DNA of 64,000 nucleotides from Fimbriosthenelais zetlandica (taxonomy: Eukaryota): positions 31,372,001 through 31,436,000 of the forward strand of contig OZ365113.1 in NCBI GenBank assembly GCA_977030845.1, written 5' to 3'. Shown here in pieces: positions 51,522-62,850 of this stretch. A model generated the notes under the pieces. That model was not told the origin of the DNA, did no database searches, and was given only the letters and a program-made list of their open reading frames with translations. Within the stretch, counting starts at the first letter, position 1, and each line of letters begins with the position of its first letter. Made by a program: the position numbers and the translations under genes.

Positions 51522-54500
51522 GTTTATGCATTGGCATGGGGTTCATTTTTATTTCTAAAAGAAAGTGTTTAGATAACACAGAGTCACATTTAATTACGCA
51601 GAAAACACCATTAGAAAAAATACCACCATATGGAACCACACGTTAATGTGTAATTTAAAGAAAAAGTCGTATGGGTTTCATTTTTGCTGTGGGGGAAATT
51701 TTCTTTAATCATGGTATCTGGTGTGTGTCAGGGGCAGCCTGGGAAGTGACCACTTTTTGCCCGCCATGTTTTTACCATGGCAACCAGTGGGTAATTGGAT
51801 AGGGGAAGGCATGGCCGTGTCATGATTAGGGCGTTTTCTCCGCAGCTTTACATAAACCATCTGTATTCTGTAATGGGCTGCAGTGATTCAACTCGATGAA
51901 AATCAGAGAGAGAGAAAAGTGTAAAAACTGATTGGTAAGGAAAGTGTGGGTGTGTGGGAGGAGGGAATGTTAAGTTGGGACCTCCTAGTTCTATGATGAA
52001 AATTCCTAATATGATTTGGAAATATGGTGAGGTAACTAAAAAAAATATCGTAGAAAATTCAAGTGGGTGTTGGTCAGGATTTTTTCCCGAAAATTTTTCC
52101 CAGTTCGTTTCCTTTCAAATTATAGATCAATATAGGTTGGAAAAAAATTCTTGTTGTCCTGAAATGTTGGGGGGAGGTGACAGATGGATATTATCTTTAG
52201 TTGTCCTAAGTAATGTAAAGGTGCACCCTTCACTGTGGGGTGTAATCCGAGCCTAAATATATGCTAAATCATTGCATACCTTGATTCATCTAATGGAAAT
52301 GTTTTATTTGAGAACACACAGGCATCTCACGTTAGAAACTTAGCCATCCATCTTTGTCAGATTTGTGGACTTGGATATATATGTAGATTGAGAGAAGGGG
52401 AAGGAGGGGGATGAAAAAATCTATATCTAGCAGAAGCAATTAGGTATTCCGACCCCCACTGTGGTTTGTATAGGCTGTTGTGATGTTCAAGGCACAGAGA
52501 CAGTGGAGGGGGGAGGAGGCTTGCATCAGGGCCTATCAAGAGCTCTACTATTCAGATTTCTTGAGGCGTGAAAATTAGGCCTGATTTGAATGTGAATAGG
52601 CAGAGGCCAATCAGTGTTGTGTCCCAGGTGGGGTGTAAAAAATCGCCAAGGTGCACCGGGACGGGGAGTGGAAGTGGGTAAGATGGGTGGGGGAGATGTG
52701 CTGCTGGGGGGTGGGGGTTAGGGTAGTGTTTCAAGGTGATTGGTAGAAGAAAGGGTGGAGGGAAGGGGTTGTATAGACATAACCCCTTTCAGTTTTACCC
52801 CCTCCCCTCACCTTCCTGTATTCAGTCATCATGGCCCCAAGTGTCATGGACCTATTATTGGAGACGCAGGATGAATCTGTTTTTGTCCGGGGGTAAATTA
52901 AGGGGACAAACAGGTCTGCTTGTTCACCCGTGTACTGCCTGCATTGACCTGCCGTGTAAGCTACCAATGTCTGATGATATCAAACAAATCCTCACCCACG
53001 GTTAGGTCGCACCCATTCATATATATACTCAATGAGGTGAGCCCATCATCATGTACCAGAGACGTGAGAGATGGCTGCTTAGCAGGGAAGGCTTAACGAC
53101 CGCATTTGCTCATTTTTCTTCAGAAATTGATTAGAGGGTGATTTCCCCCCAACTAAGCTGTCTCTCTCCCTTTTCTCTCTTCTCTCTTCTGGTCATACAC
53201 ACATACTCGCACGCCAGCACACACAAGGAGTTACTGGCCCGAGTCTAAAATGGCGTGTCAGCTTCGATTGTACGCTCCAACGCTCCCTTGTCCGACACCC
53301 CCAACTCTCAACTTGACCCTATTCAGAGGCAAAAAGTAGCGATTGGGTCCCTGCAATTAACACCCTCAAACCCCCCGGGGCAGGCCCTACATAATGGCCC
53401 CTAATATCGGCAGGGGGAGGGCTGGAGCCATTGACGCCGTTTGCGTAATTTTGTGGAATTCTGTCCAAACTTGTAGGCTTGTTGCCTCAAGGGGGTGGGA
53501 CGCCTTGATATGGGTGATATGAGATAGACTAGTGAGCTGCCCTCCCCCCCCCCCCCCCCATCTTCCCCTCCCCCTCTTTCATTCCCCCGTTTTCCACTTA
53601 AGGCACCCCCTTTCCCTAACACAAACCCACCCCCACCCATACCCTTCAAACGGCCCCCTGTCCCATGGGCTGCTATGAGCAACAAGTCTTGTGGCTAATA
53701 ACAAGTTGCTTTCTTGTATACCACTGAAGACTTGACCTGTTGAATTAAATCCCTCCGTACCTGAGAGTACAAGGGGGAGCTTAAGTGGTGCATAAAGGGG
53801 GTGAGGGATTGAAGCGGTGATTGAACGAGTGGCTTCATTTGCATGTAAATGAATGCTAAGTGAAAATTCCCCACAGTTCTTTATACTGTTTATCCTATAT
53901 GCATATGTTGATCCTAACTTTTATATTATGGACTCACAATATTGAATTCCCGGGATGCATTGAAAGGTATCGGGTGAATATATTTTCTGTGAATCTAATG
54001 AGAATCGGCTGCCATTTTGGGCCTGTTTAATTCAAGGTTAAACCAGTGGTGATTAGCAGACCGGTTGATAGGTGTTAAGGGTCAGAAGAGTCCGTTTCAT
54101 CGCCTGAGTTTAATACTTGCATAGAACCTGAGCTTTTCTCTTGGTATTAGTCACACCTTCTTACTCCTATTCACACAAGAACTCTTGTTTCCATCTATAT
54201 AAGCCCTGGCCTTCTGATCAGACCTGAAACACAGCTATACAGGGGTGCGATTATTCAACACTCACTGGGCTATTCTTCCCCCTGTTCACTCCCCATTGGG
54301 AAATGGGTTTATAGGTTCAAATTGCTTAATGGGAACTGGGTTTATAGGGACAAAATTCCTTAGGATTAATGTGTTAACTAACCAGACCATTATTTCATCC
54401 ACACTGTGTTTGACCCAGGTTTCATAATGAATGGAAATCGTGTGGTTTAATTTTTTTGTGAGAAAAATCCCACTCCCAATGTTTTCTTTTCATGCGAAGA

Positions 54501-54524
54501 TTTCAATGTAAACTGATGAGTAGA

Positions 54525-54723
54525 CCAATAGAGGGAGTGTACCAATAGACCAACTATTACTTGTACCTCCTCCACCTCCACCTCCTCCTCCTCTCAGCCG
54601 CCCAGTCTAAAGAAAGTCGAGAGTTTGACCTAAATCGTGATGATGACTCAAATGACGAAACATACCCGGTATTCATTTAACTTCAACTCGGTCAGTGTTG
54701 AGTGAACGGCCGCAGCGGTAAGA
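54525..54723 (+). promoter_or_regulatory. Candidate intronic promoter with a short non-coding first exon
   Basis: Two ACCAATAG boxes (CCAAT at 54525 and 54542), a CCT-rich tract, about 120 nt with stops in all three frames, and a strong GCG|GTAAGA donor at 54717/54718. Confidence 0.35.
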
Positions 54724-55121
54724 CTGTGAGAGGAGGAGGAATCTGTACCCCCAACAACTGGGCCGTCTACTTACTAGTGAATGTACAGTTAGGAGGAAAC
54801 AGAGGAGAAACAAGGAGAACTTAGACTTGCTTTGTGCTTTGGAAAAGTACCGAGTACTTAAAAATTATCACCGAGTCAGCTGTGGCCCAGTTGGTACTGG
54901 GGAAAGAGAAGGGGAAGGAAGGACGAGAGGGAGACAGGAGTGGATATAGATACGATCACACTTTTCCCCCTTTATCCCTGTGGTATCCCTGTGGGTTATC
55001 CCTCCACCAGCCTCCCCCTCTGTCTCTCTTCACCGCCAGTCTTCCAGACCGTCTGGTCGGAATTAAAACCAAGCGGCCCAGTTTCTCAAGGATGGAGGGA
55101 TTAGTGAAGTGACTTCTTGAC

Positions 55122-55980
55122 ACAGACACACACACAGTCAGTCAGTCGGGTCTCTGGCCCCCCTCTCTCCCCCCACCACCTCCACTACTACCACCACCAC
55201 CCTCTGCCTCACTCCACCTCTCATCCTGGGCGGAGGAGAGAATGACACATGGCTTGGAATTAAGTTACCACATCACCATCATTTAACACACACATAGCGT
55301 GTGTAGAGGACTATACTCACTATTATTCATCGTTAGGTGTGTGTGTGGGTGAGTGAGATCAGACCACCATTATATACACACACACACTCACTCAGACGCC
55401 CGTTAGTTAATAACGGGTATTGAGGCGGGATCTGGACACACAGAGATGGATGTACACAAGGTGCAGTCCTACCATTCAAAACTCCTGGCCCCATTCTCCC
55501 TCTTCTTTACCTCGTAACGGGACTGTGGGCCACTGACTCCACACCGAGTGCTAACCCATAAACTAGTTGATGGAGAGAGCGTGGGGACTGGAGAGACAGT
55601 GAAAAGAAGTGGAGACGGGGTAACAGGGAAACTGTACTACCTCCCGAGTTTGAAGTTTAATCTCCGCAGATTTAGCCTCCCCCGAACTCTCACTCTCTAG
55701 GCGGGAAAGCATCTGCGCCACCACCACCTCCAACACCACCACCACCACCATACTGGAGGTTTCAAATGGGAGTACTATATTGATGATCGTGCAAGCACAC
55801 CCGGGTTAGGCTCCAACCATCGCAATACACATCAACAACACTAGAGAGAAGGCCGGGTCATTCTACACACAGCACTCACTCACTCACCTACGCACACATC
55901 ACACACACACACTCCACACAGCGCTCACTCACCTGGGCAAGTATTGTCAATCACCCACACACTACACTACTCACATATAC
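55122..55980. repeat. Low-complexity region with (CA)n, (CACT)n, (CAGT)n and (CAC)n tracts
   Basis: Examples: acacacacacagtcagtcagtc, tacacacacacactcactc, caccaccaccaccacc, cactcactcactcac. Confidence 0.6.
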
Positions 55981-57662
55981 ACAACACTGGAGTTTATTAT
56001 CAGCTATACCTTAACTACTATCACAGAGAATACAGCAATCATGGATCGAAGGTGAGATCTCTCTTCTTTACGTGTACAGTATGGATACAGCATCTGTCAG
56101 TGCGCTTATCAGTGGGTTATCTCTATCTCTAAACAGAGGGAGGATAGAGAGAGATAGCATGAAGCTATATACAGAGTGTGTGACCTCGTGCTCTCGGATC
56201 CTGACTAGTGTCTGGCTCTAGGCTCTTTAGTTATCTTCTAGGAGTACATGTAGGGAGTCACTATATAGAATTTCCCATTATTTCCAGGCTTTTTTCATTC
56301 TCATTCCACATGGTATTGACACCCATTCCTTCTGGCTTAATCGCCTGCCCAGCCCATTAAGCAGGGTGGAGGTGTATTGCTGCTAGCCCCCCTAGCCCTC
56401 TATATTAATGGGGGTTGTACCTTTGAGGGGCTAGCCCACCAGGACCCGGCGACAAGCAAATTGAGCCTTGATTGACCAACAAACACTACAGCCACCTGGT
56501 GTCAAACGGGATTATTAACATGTGCACATGCGTGAAATGTTCCATTACAGGAGAGCGACACATATTTGGCCCTATTTGTAAATTGCCAAAAACACCTTGT
56601 ATTTCCTTCTAACACCCAGGCCTCGCATCCAGTGCTTCCTATGAATATTCATATCTGATATTGGCAAACACAATCTGGATCCGCGAGGTCAAGGGGAATC
56701 TAGGAATAGTTGGCCTTACTATTAAAGTGTCGTCTCTAATAAGATATTGATTGAAGTGGTCTATTTCAATATCTTGCCACCATTTTAGTCATTAACTATT
56801 CAAGTCCACGTCGCACCTACCTGTCTACACCTTTCTAAATATATACTTTTCTATACTAATGATGTTGTCCCTACTGCTCTCTGTCTGGGAAGACTAGTGT
56901 TGTAAGCTTTATAACAAGATGGATGAGGTTTCTATGAATTACTTTACCCTATCTCTCCAAGTCTTAAATATTTCGCAGTAGTACCAATTGTCATATCATT
57001 GTAAAAAGCATTGTCCCCTTAAAACACACTGATTGCAAAAAAATATTCATTTTTAGAGTATCTTCATTCCGGATTCAGTGTATTGAATTGTGGTTATAAA
57101 TAGAAATGGCCTTTACATAAATACTTCATGCCTCAGTGGGATTGGCCTTTCATGATTCAGGTTTTCATAGTTAGGTATCAACATTTATGCAGAAAGATAT
57201 TTAATGGAGTTAGACAGGCGTACATGTTGCTCAGAAACCATTATTTAAACAAATCTTCTTCCAGGATATGGCGTTTACTATGGTAACCAAATGGCAAATC
57301 CCAGTCCTGGATTGTGTAACTGGATATCTATATCTCAACCATTCAGTAGTTCACCAGATAAGATATTTACATAACAAGAGAAACAGTTATCAGTCCATAG
57401 TGGCTACTGCTCCCCAGCTTCATCTGTAGTGAAACCATTAAAACATTTTCGCGGTGGAGCTATAGCTTGAAATCACCCATCACCCAGTTGACTTCCCACC
57501 ATGTTCTTACTGCCTTGTTTGGAGATTGGGGCCAAAAGTTGGTAGGGGGTAAACTCAGGTCGGCGTCCACCCCCTAATGAGTCAGTACCCTATAGGTCTG
57601 TCATTTAAAGACCCAGTACATTCTGCCAACCAAGTGAGCAGACTGACTTATCAACTGAGAAA

Positions 57663-58491
57663 ATGTCCACTGATTCAAATCCAGAAACAGTAAGGATGCT
57701 ACAGAGAACCTCAAGTGTCTGCATTACAACTAGTGAAAAGATGATGGTGCTGCGACTGATGGAATTCCTCAAAAAAAAGAATCCTAAAATCACCATAGAA
57801 AACCTTGTGAGAATGACCTCAAAGGCAACTGGAATGTCAGCTCTTTCAATATGGAAGATACGAATGGAAATGCAGGAAGATTCCAGCTCAGTATGCTCAT
57901 CCAGTATCAAGAAGACAAGTGAAGTTAAATTGAAAACAAATAGTGCTAAATATCATGATTCCAACGGATCTGTGAGAACAAATTCACTGCCAGATACTCC
58001 GAAGATATTTCAGAGACCCCCTGGTACGAGCATAACCAGTAATGAAAAGATATTGGTGCTACACTTAATAAATTTCTTCAGGGAAAAGAACCCCAGAACT
58101 ACAATAGAAAATCTGGTCAAAATGACTTCTAAGGCTACTGGTATATCAGTAACTTCTATATGGAGGATACGAAAGGAAAAACAGCAAGCGGGTAATGTGA
58201 AAGCAACTTGTGAAAGTAAACCTAATGGGGAGAAATTGAAAGTGATAAGTGATAAATACGAATGCATCAAACATGTAATAAGACACTTTCTGGGTGAATG
58301 TTTGAGAAAAGATGAAAGACCCAGCCTTAGGAGAATACACAAGCATGTTCAACAACAGAGCCAAACTGAAAAAGTGGCTTCCATTGGTTTGGAAGTTCTT
58401 CGTCGTCTCTTACTGGATATGGGCATTCGTTATAGGAGGGATGGCGTTATTATCGAGGGAGAGAACCTAGCAGAGAATGCGAAACATTCCT
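57663..58491 (+). CDS. Transposase-derived DNA-binding protein or exon (IS630-Tc1-mariner-like N-terminus): two tandem HTH modules plus a winged-helix-like module, no DDE domain
   Basis: Two ungapped 65-aa repeats (36/65 identical) of the form EK..VL.L..F....NP..TIENLV.MTSKATG.S..SIW.IR.E, followed by IRHFL...RKDERPSLRRI...VLRRLLLDMGIRYRR..VIIE. This matches my recollection of invertebrate Tc1-like transposase N-termini. The ORF stops at 58497-58499, but a GTGAGT donor starts at 58492. Family assignment is by pattern recognition, not a database search. Confidence 0.7.
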
Positions 58492-59756
58492 GTGAGTAGG
58501 ACGCATGTAACAGCATGGTTTTACAAGGATTCAATATTATCCCTGATTAGTAATGGAGATCCACACCTAGTATTAAGTGCATTATTTTACCCATACCGTT
58601 TGAGTTCAATGTATGTCCATCCTTCGAGATGGCCAACATTATAACGAACTCCATACCATGGAATGTCATATTAATGTCAAGGCTAAGATGCTGTACAGAT
58701 GTTTTCATGTTTTTCCATCCCCAAATATGGAATTTTAACCTTGTTTGGGATAGAAGCCATCTGAGCTTAATGTGGCAGTTATCCCTTGGGGATGCCTGAT
58801 TAAGCAACTAGCCCCCCTTCCCCCTCCCAACTCACAAACCCAGCAGGGATTGTTTGTGCCTTAAGAGTTCCCTCTCCAACCCATCCCCCATGCACCCACC
58901 AAGGCTGAGCCTTATGAAAAGATAAATAGCCAATAACCAAGTGCAATTATCGGCTCGATTGTAATTATCTTGATTGCTATGCATTGTTTCCTAGTGATCT
59001 ATAATACACCTGTTTTGACTTGTCATCTATGGGAGCCGGTTTTATGATGGATGTATCAGGCCTATGTAGGCTATCAATGGGAGCTTTGTTCTTCTTGTTT
59101 GCTATTAATTGGGGCTATAACCTCCAGCTCATTTGCTTATGATTAGGTTATTGGATTAACATATAACAACCCCTTAAAGTGGGTCCATCCATTCTCTACT
59201 ATAGCCTTGCTTATAAACAAGTGCCATGGAGCGTTTGTTTTCCATGTGTCACCATATGGAGTATTACATATATGCAATTAACTGTTAAAATGTGCCATTC
59301 GAGTATATTTATTTAACCCTAGGGGTTTTACCTCGTCGCATTTCAGCCAATATTTCCACGTATAGATTTGAGGGATGAACATATTTGGGATAAGTGTCCA
59401 TGGGATGTTTGTTTGCATTAATTGGACCTTCCCACAGATTCCCACGCCTACCAGTTTCAATACACCCAAACGGGTCAAATCCTGAGTAAGGAACCAACCA
59501 CCCCACCCCCCAGTACCACCCCCTACTTTCTACAGGATCGATCCATCGAACTATCAATATTTATTGAGAATAAGTGGACCAATCATCTCCCAACCCGTGG
59601 CTCGTATTTAATCACTATAGATTTGGTTCGTCCGTTTATTGAACCCCCGTGCCAGGCTACCCTGTGGTTAATTCCATATCACTAGAGCCTCAATACCTTG
59701 ATATAATCACAGAAAATGCCTAATACCCACCACCCCGGCCTGATCACAGGGCATGA

Positions 59757-59803
59757 ATGACAGTTCCAGGTGGAACTGTCAGAAATGACAGTTCCACTGT
59801 CAT
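59757..59803. repeat. Multi-arm inverted repeat built from TGACAGTTCCA
   Basis: TGACAGTTCCA gg TGGAACTGTCA gaaa TGACAGTTCCA CTGTCAT. Confidence 0.85.
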
Positions 59804-60340
59804 ACCTGGCTAGGGACGGCAGGGTGGGCTAGTCAGGCAGGATGGGTCACCCAGTGTAGCTATACTCTCTACCAGCTCCCTTCCCTAAATCCATACCATA
59901 CCGAGCCAATGGAGTGAACGTTAGTTGGTAAAGTGTATAGGTAGAGATGGATAGGAATCAAGGGTTTGTTGTATACCAACATTCCATGCACTACATTATT
60001 CAGTAGGCTAATATGGATTATATTTCTTATGAAACATGCCCCAGGTAGACCTATTTATGGATCTGACTTCATCGATACCGACACCCCACCTATCTCGAAC
60101 CATTCACTCCTCACAGTTCGACAACTATCACCCATCCTCGGCCTAACATGGCTGACCTGGTAGGGACCCGTTCTAAAGGCCTACACACCATAGGCAATGT
60201 ACCTATATTATTATTGCCCAGTCTCTAATGTGTGGCGCCATTGTTTGGTCCCGATCATTGCCGCTCCACCTTCACATTTGTTTTGACACACCTCCCGCTC
60301 ACCCGCGTAATCATTGAGCGCTAGGAGGGGGTAAAATTGA

Positions 60341-60510
60341 CATCCCTTCTCCCTTCCATCTCTCTCGATCGCTCGCTCCCCATCTCCCTCTGTCCCCTAT
60401 CTCTCTCACACTCCCTCCCATTTCTCTCGCTCCCTCCCATTTCTCTCTCCTCTCCCATCTCTGAGTCTCGCTCTCTCTCTCTCTCTCCCTCCCCTCTCTC
60501 TCTCACACTC
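60341..60510. repeat. Degenerate (CT)n polypyrimidine microsatellite
   Basis: About 170 nt consisting almost entirely of C and T. Confidence 0.85.
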
Positions 60511-62607
60511 CTCCCATTGCCAATATCGATTGCAAAGGGCGAGTATCGTTTGCATTGACAAAATTCACCATTATTATTTGATGGCCTCTAATGAAATGCA
60601 TCTAACGGGGCGGATGTAGCGGGCGGCCACGCGTTAATTCTGCCGCCAGGTGTCCTACTGTCAGATGCTATAACATGTCATAGTGGAGATCTATATTCTT
60701 TATTTCCCCAATATTTCATTTAAATATAACCAACAAGTTAGGAATAGATAACAGGATTGGCGAGGCACATTGGGATGGCTGCAGCATTCCAATTGAACGT
60801 TGCAGTCATTGATAAGGAGTTATACATGTAATATCAGGGGATGGATAGGATGGATATTATTAAAGTGGAGGGAGGCAGTGATGGTTGGAGTGTATCTGAT
60901 AAACTTATCTTAATCCATTATGATCAGTTTATAACCTGGATATATCTGTGAAGATTATTAGGAGATGGTGCATATTGTTATCTATTACCTAGCTTGGTCA
61001 CCACAACCCTGATAGGTTCTATTATCAACCAGTGGATCATTCCTAAAGTCCTAAACACCATTGACAAGCCAAGGTTTTCAACGTTTTTTAGTTACATGTA
61101 TTTAAACTGATTCTATACATATCTGATATGTCCGCCTTCATCAAATTTAATAGTTACAGCCAGGAAGTTCATATTTTATACAATATATATTTTTTTAAAT
61201 CCACATCCTCATTTATACAGTTTATAGCTGATAAAAAATATACGATCAATCTACTTCAGTGAATGTCATGACTTTTGCCATTTGGAGGTTAGGGAAATAG
61301 TGTATTTGTAGGCGGTTTGTGGGATGTGTGCATTGTGAAGGTTTACTGGGTCAGTTTGGACTCGGACATCTGTGCTGTCAGGATCCAATAGAGAGGATCA
61401 AGGGCAGCTGGTGTTGGAGATCAAAAAGGGATCCAAGTACTCCATGTGTACCATTTCTACCGCAGCTTACCATATAGAGAACAGCCTGGCCAGACGTAAT
61501 AGTCTACAGCCGGAAACCATTTGTTGCAATATATATGGCCTCACTCATTGATATTAATATCAGTTATTTTTGTCTTGTGTCAATACACAGATCATTGATA
61601 CATTAAAAATATATTAAGAACCTGGATATTTATTACATATATTTGAATTAATTATTTTCCATGGAGAATCATAGATCCTGTCAAAGGATGTTATCTCTCA
61701 GACTATGTTTTCTTCTTAGAGGTCTAGATCCTGCCTACCAATATACACATATTTATACAGTATGTATTCAGAATACATGTAAGCATGTAATATGACATAC
61801 ATAGGGTGTGGATACAGTCAGATACCTGTAGCTACCACCTACCACTGCTTCCCATCACACTATTATATGGCCCTGGCCATTGTCCCCAGTCCGACTGCAT
61901 GTAGCCTTAATTCTGTTTTGTTCAATCGCAATTAGACCCCCGCTCCGTCTATACATATTATGTTATATAGCCATGGGAAAGGTACATAAACGCGGGGCCT
62001 AATTGGACATTTGTTTGTTTATTTTTTCATAGGGGCAACCCTATTGAATACTGGGTAAATTTATGACCTTCTCCGCATACAGTGAATAGTTGTTACTGAA
62101 CTCAACCATTAGGGGGTCTGTCTGTGCAAGCTGGACAAAAAGAGAAACATAATTACATTGGATCCCTGTCGGATGCCTTTCTCAACAAACGATTTTGGTT
62201 ATGTCAGTTTTGATACGACCCGCCGCCCTATAATTCATTAGAGAGAGGGCGATTGTTTGAATTCTATAGATGAACAAGGGAGTGTTTTTACAAAGCATCC
62301 CTTGTGATGAATTACCACAAATAACCATTGATCTGTTTGTATTTATGATGTAATATATCATGAACATACCTTAAACCTGTTGCTGATATGCTATTTTTCA
62401 TAACGACTAGCCATCGCATCTGGCTCCATTTGACCTTTTCATTGTTACCATACCCTCGCTCTGCTACCATCAGTTTTTTTCTTGATCAATTATGTCATCT
62501 CTTGTCAGAAATGACCATTATTTTCCAATCATTTTCATTATTTTCCTTCCCTGGTTGATTTGAACATTTGATTTATTCCTTTGCCCCTTTTGTTTGTGCT
62601 TTTGTAG

Positions 62608-62706
62608 ATGGGGAGTCGGAGGTCCCAGATGGGATGGCCGAAGGGGATGCTAAACCACAGTTGGATCCGGCACTGCACGATGCCCTACTCCAACAGGCCT
62701 CAGCAG
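62608..62706 (+). CDS. zfh2: Probable next ZFHX coding exon, 99 nt, phase 1/1: (D)GESEVPDGMAEGDAKPQLDPALHDALLQQASA(G)
   Basis: Long pyrimidine tract plus TAG acceptor at 62607 and CAG|gtaaaa donor at 62706/62707. The length is a multiple of 3 and the frame is open when joined to the phase-1 donor at 24820. It encodes an acidic linker, similar in position to the short exon that follows the HVRSMKH finger in vertebrate ZFHX3 (from memory). Confidence 0.7.
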
Positions 62707-62758
62707 GTAAAAAGATATCAAATACTGAACACAAAATAAGTTAATAACCTTAAAATAC

Positions 62759-62850
62759 TCACTCACTCTCTGACTCAGTCACTCACTCATTCAGCACTCA
62801 TCTACCTACATTCACTCACACAATCATCTACTCTCGTATTCATACTCCAT
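62759..62850 (+). promoter_or_regulatory. YCAY cluster just downstream of the 99-nt exon (candidate NOVA/Pasilla splicing enhancer)
   Basis: Eleven YCAY tetramers in about 92 nt, starting about 50 nt after the donor. Confidence 0.4.

Larger units (their letters stand above)
24821..62607 (+). other. Long (~37.8 kb) phase-1 intron of the ZFHX gene, hosting a LINE and a transposase-derived ORF
   Basis: Begins with gtaagt and ends with cccttttgtttgtgcttttgtag. No further ZFHX-like coding sequence was recognised in between, though small extra exons cannot be excluded. Confidence 0.6.

Noticed and set aside
57543-57576. TAGGGGGT/ACCCCCTA inverted repeat upstream of the transposase-derived ORF, considered as a TIR remnant
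   Set aside because: Both arms are on the same side of the ORF and no partner was found downstream; at most a local hairpin over the branch point.
3771-62392. Recurrent CTGATATG/CATATCAG 8-mer, including a hairpin at about 12478-12497
   Set aside because: Mild excess among thousands of possible 8-mers; not testable by eye.
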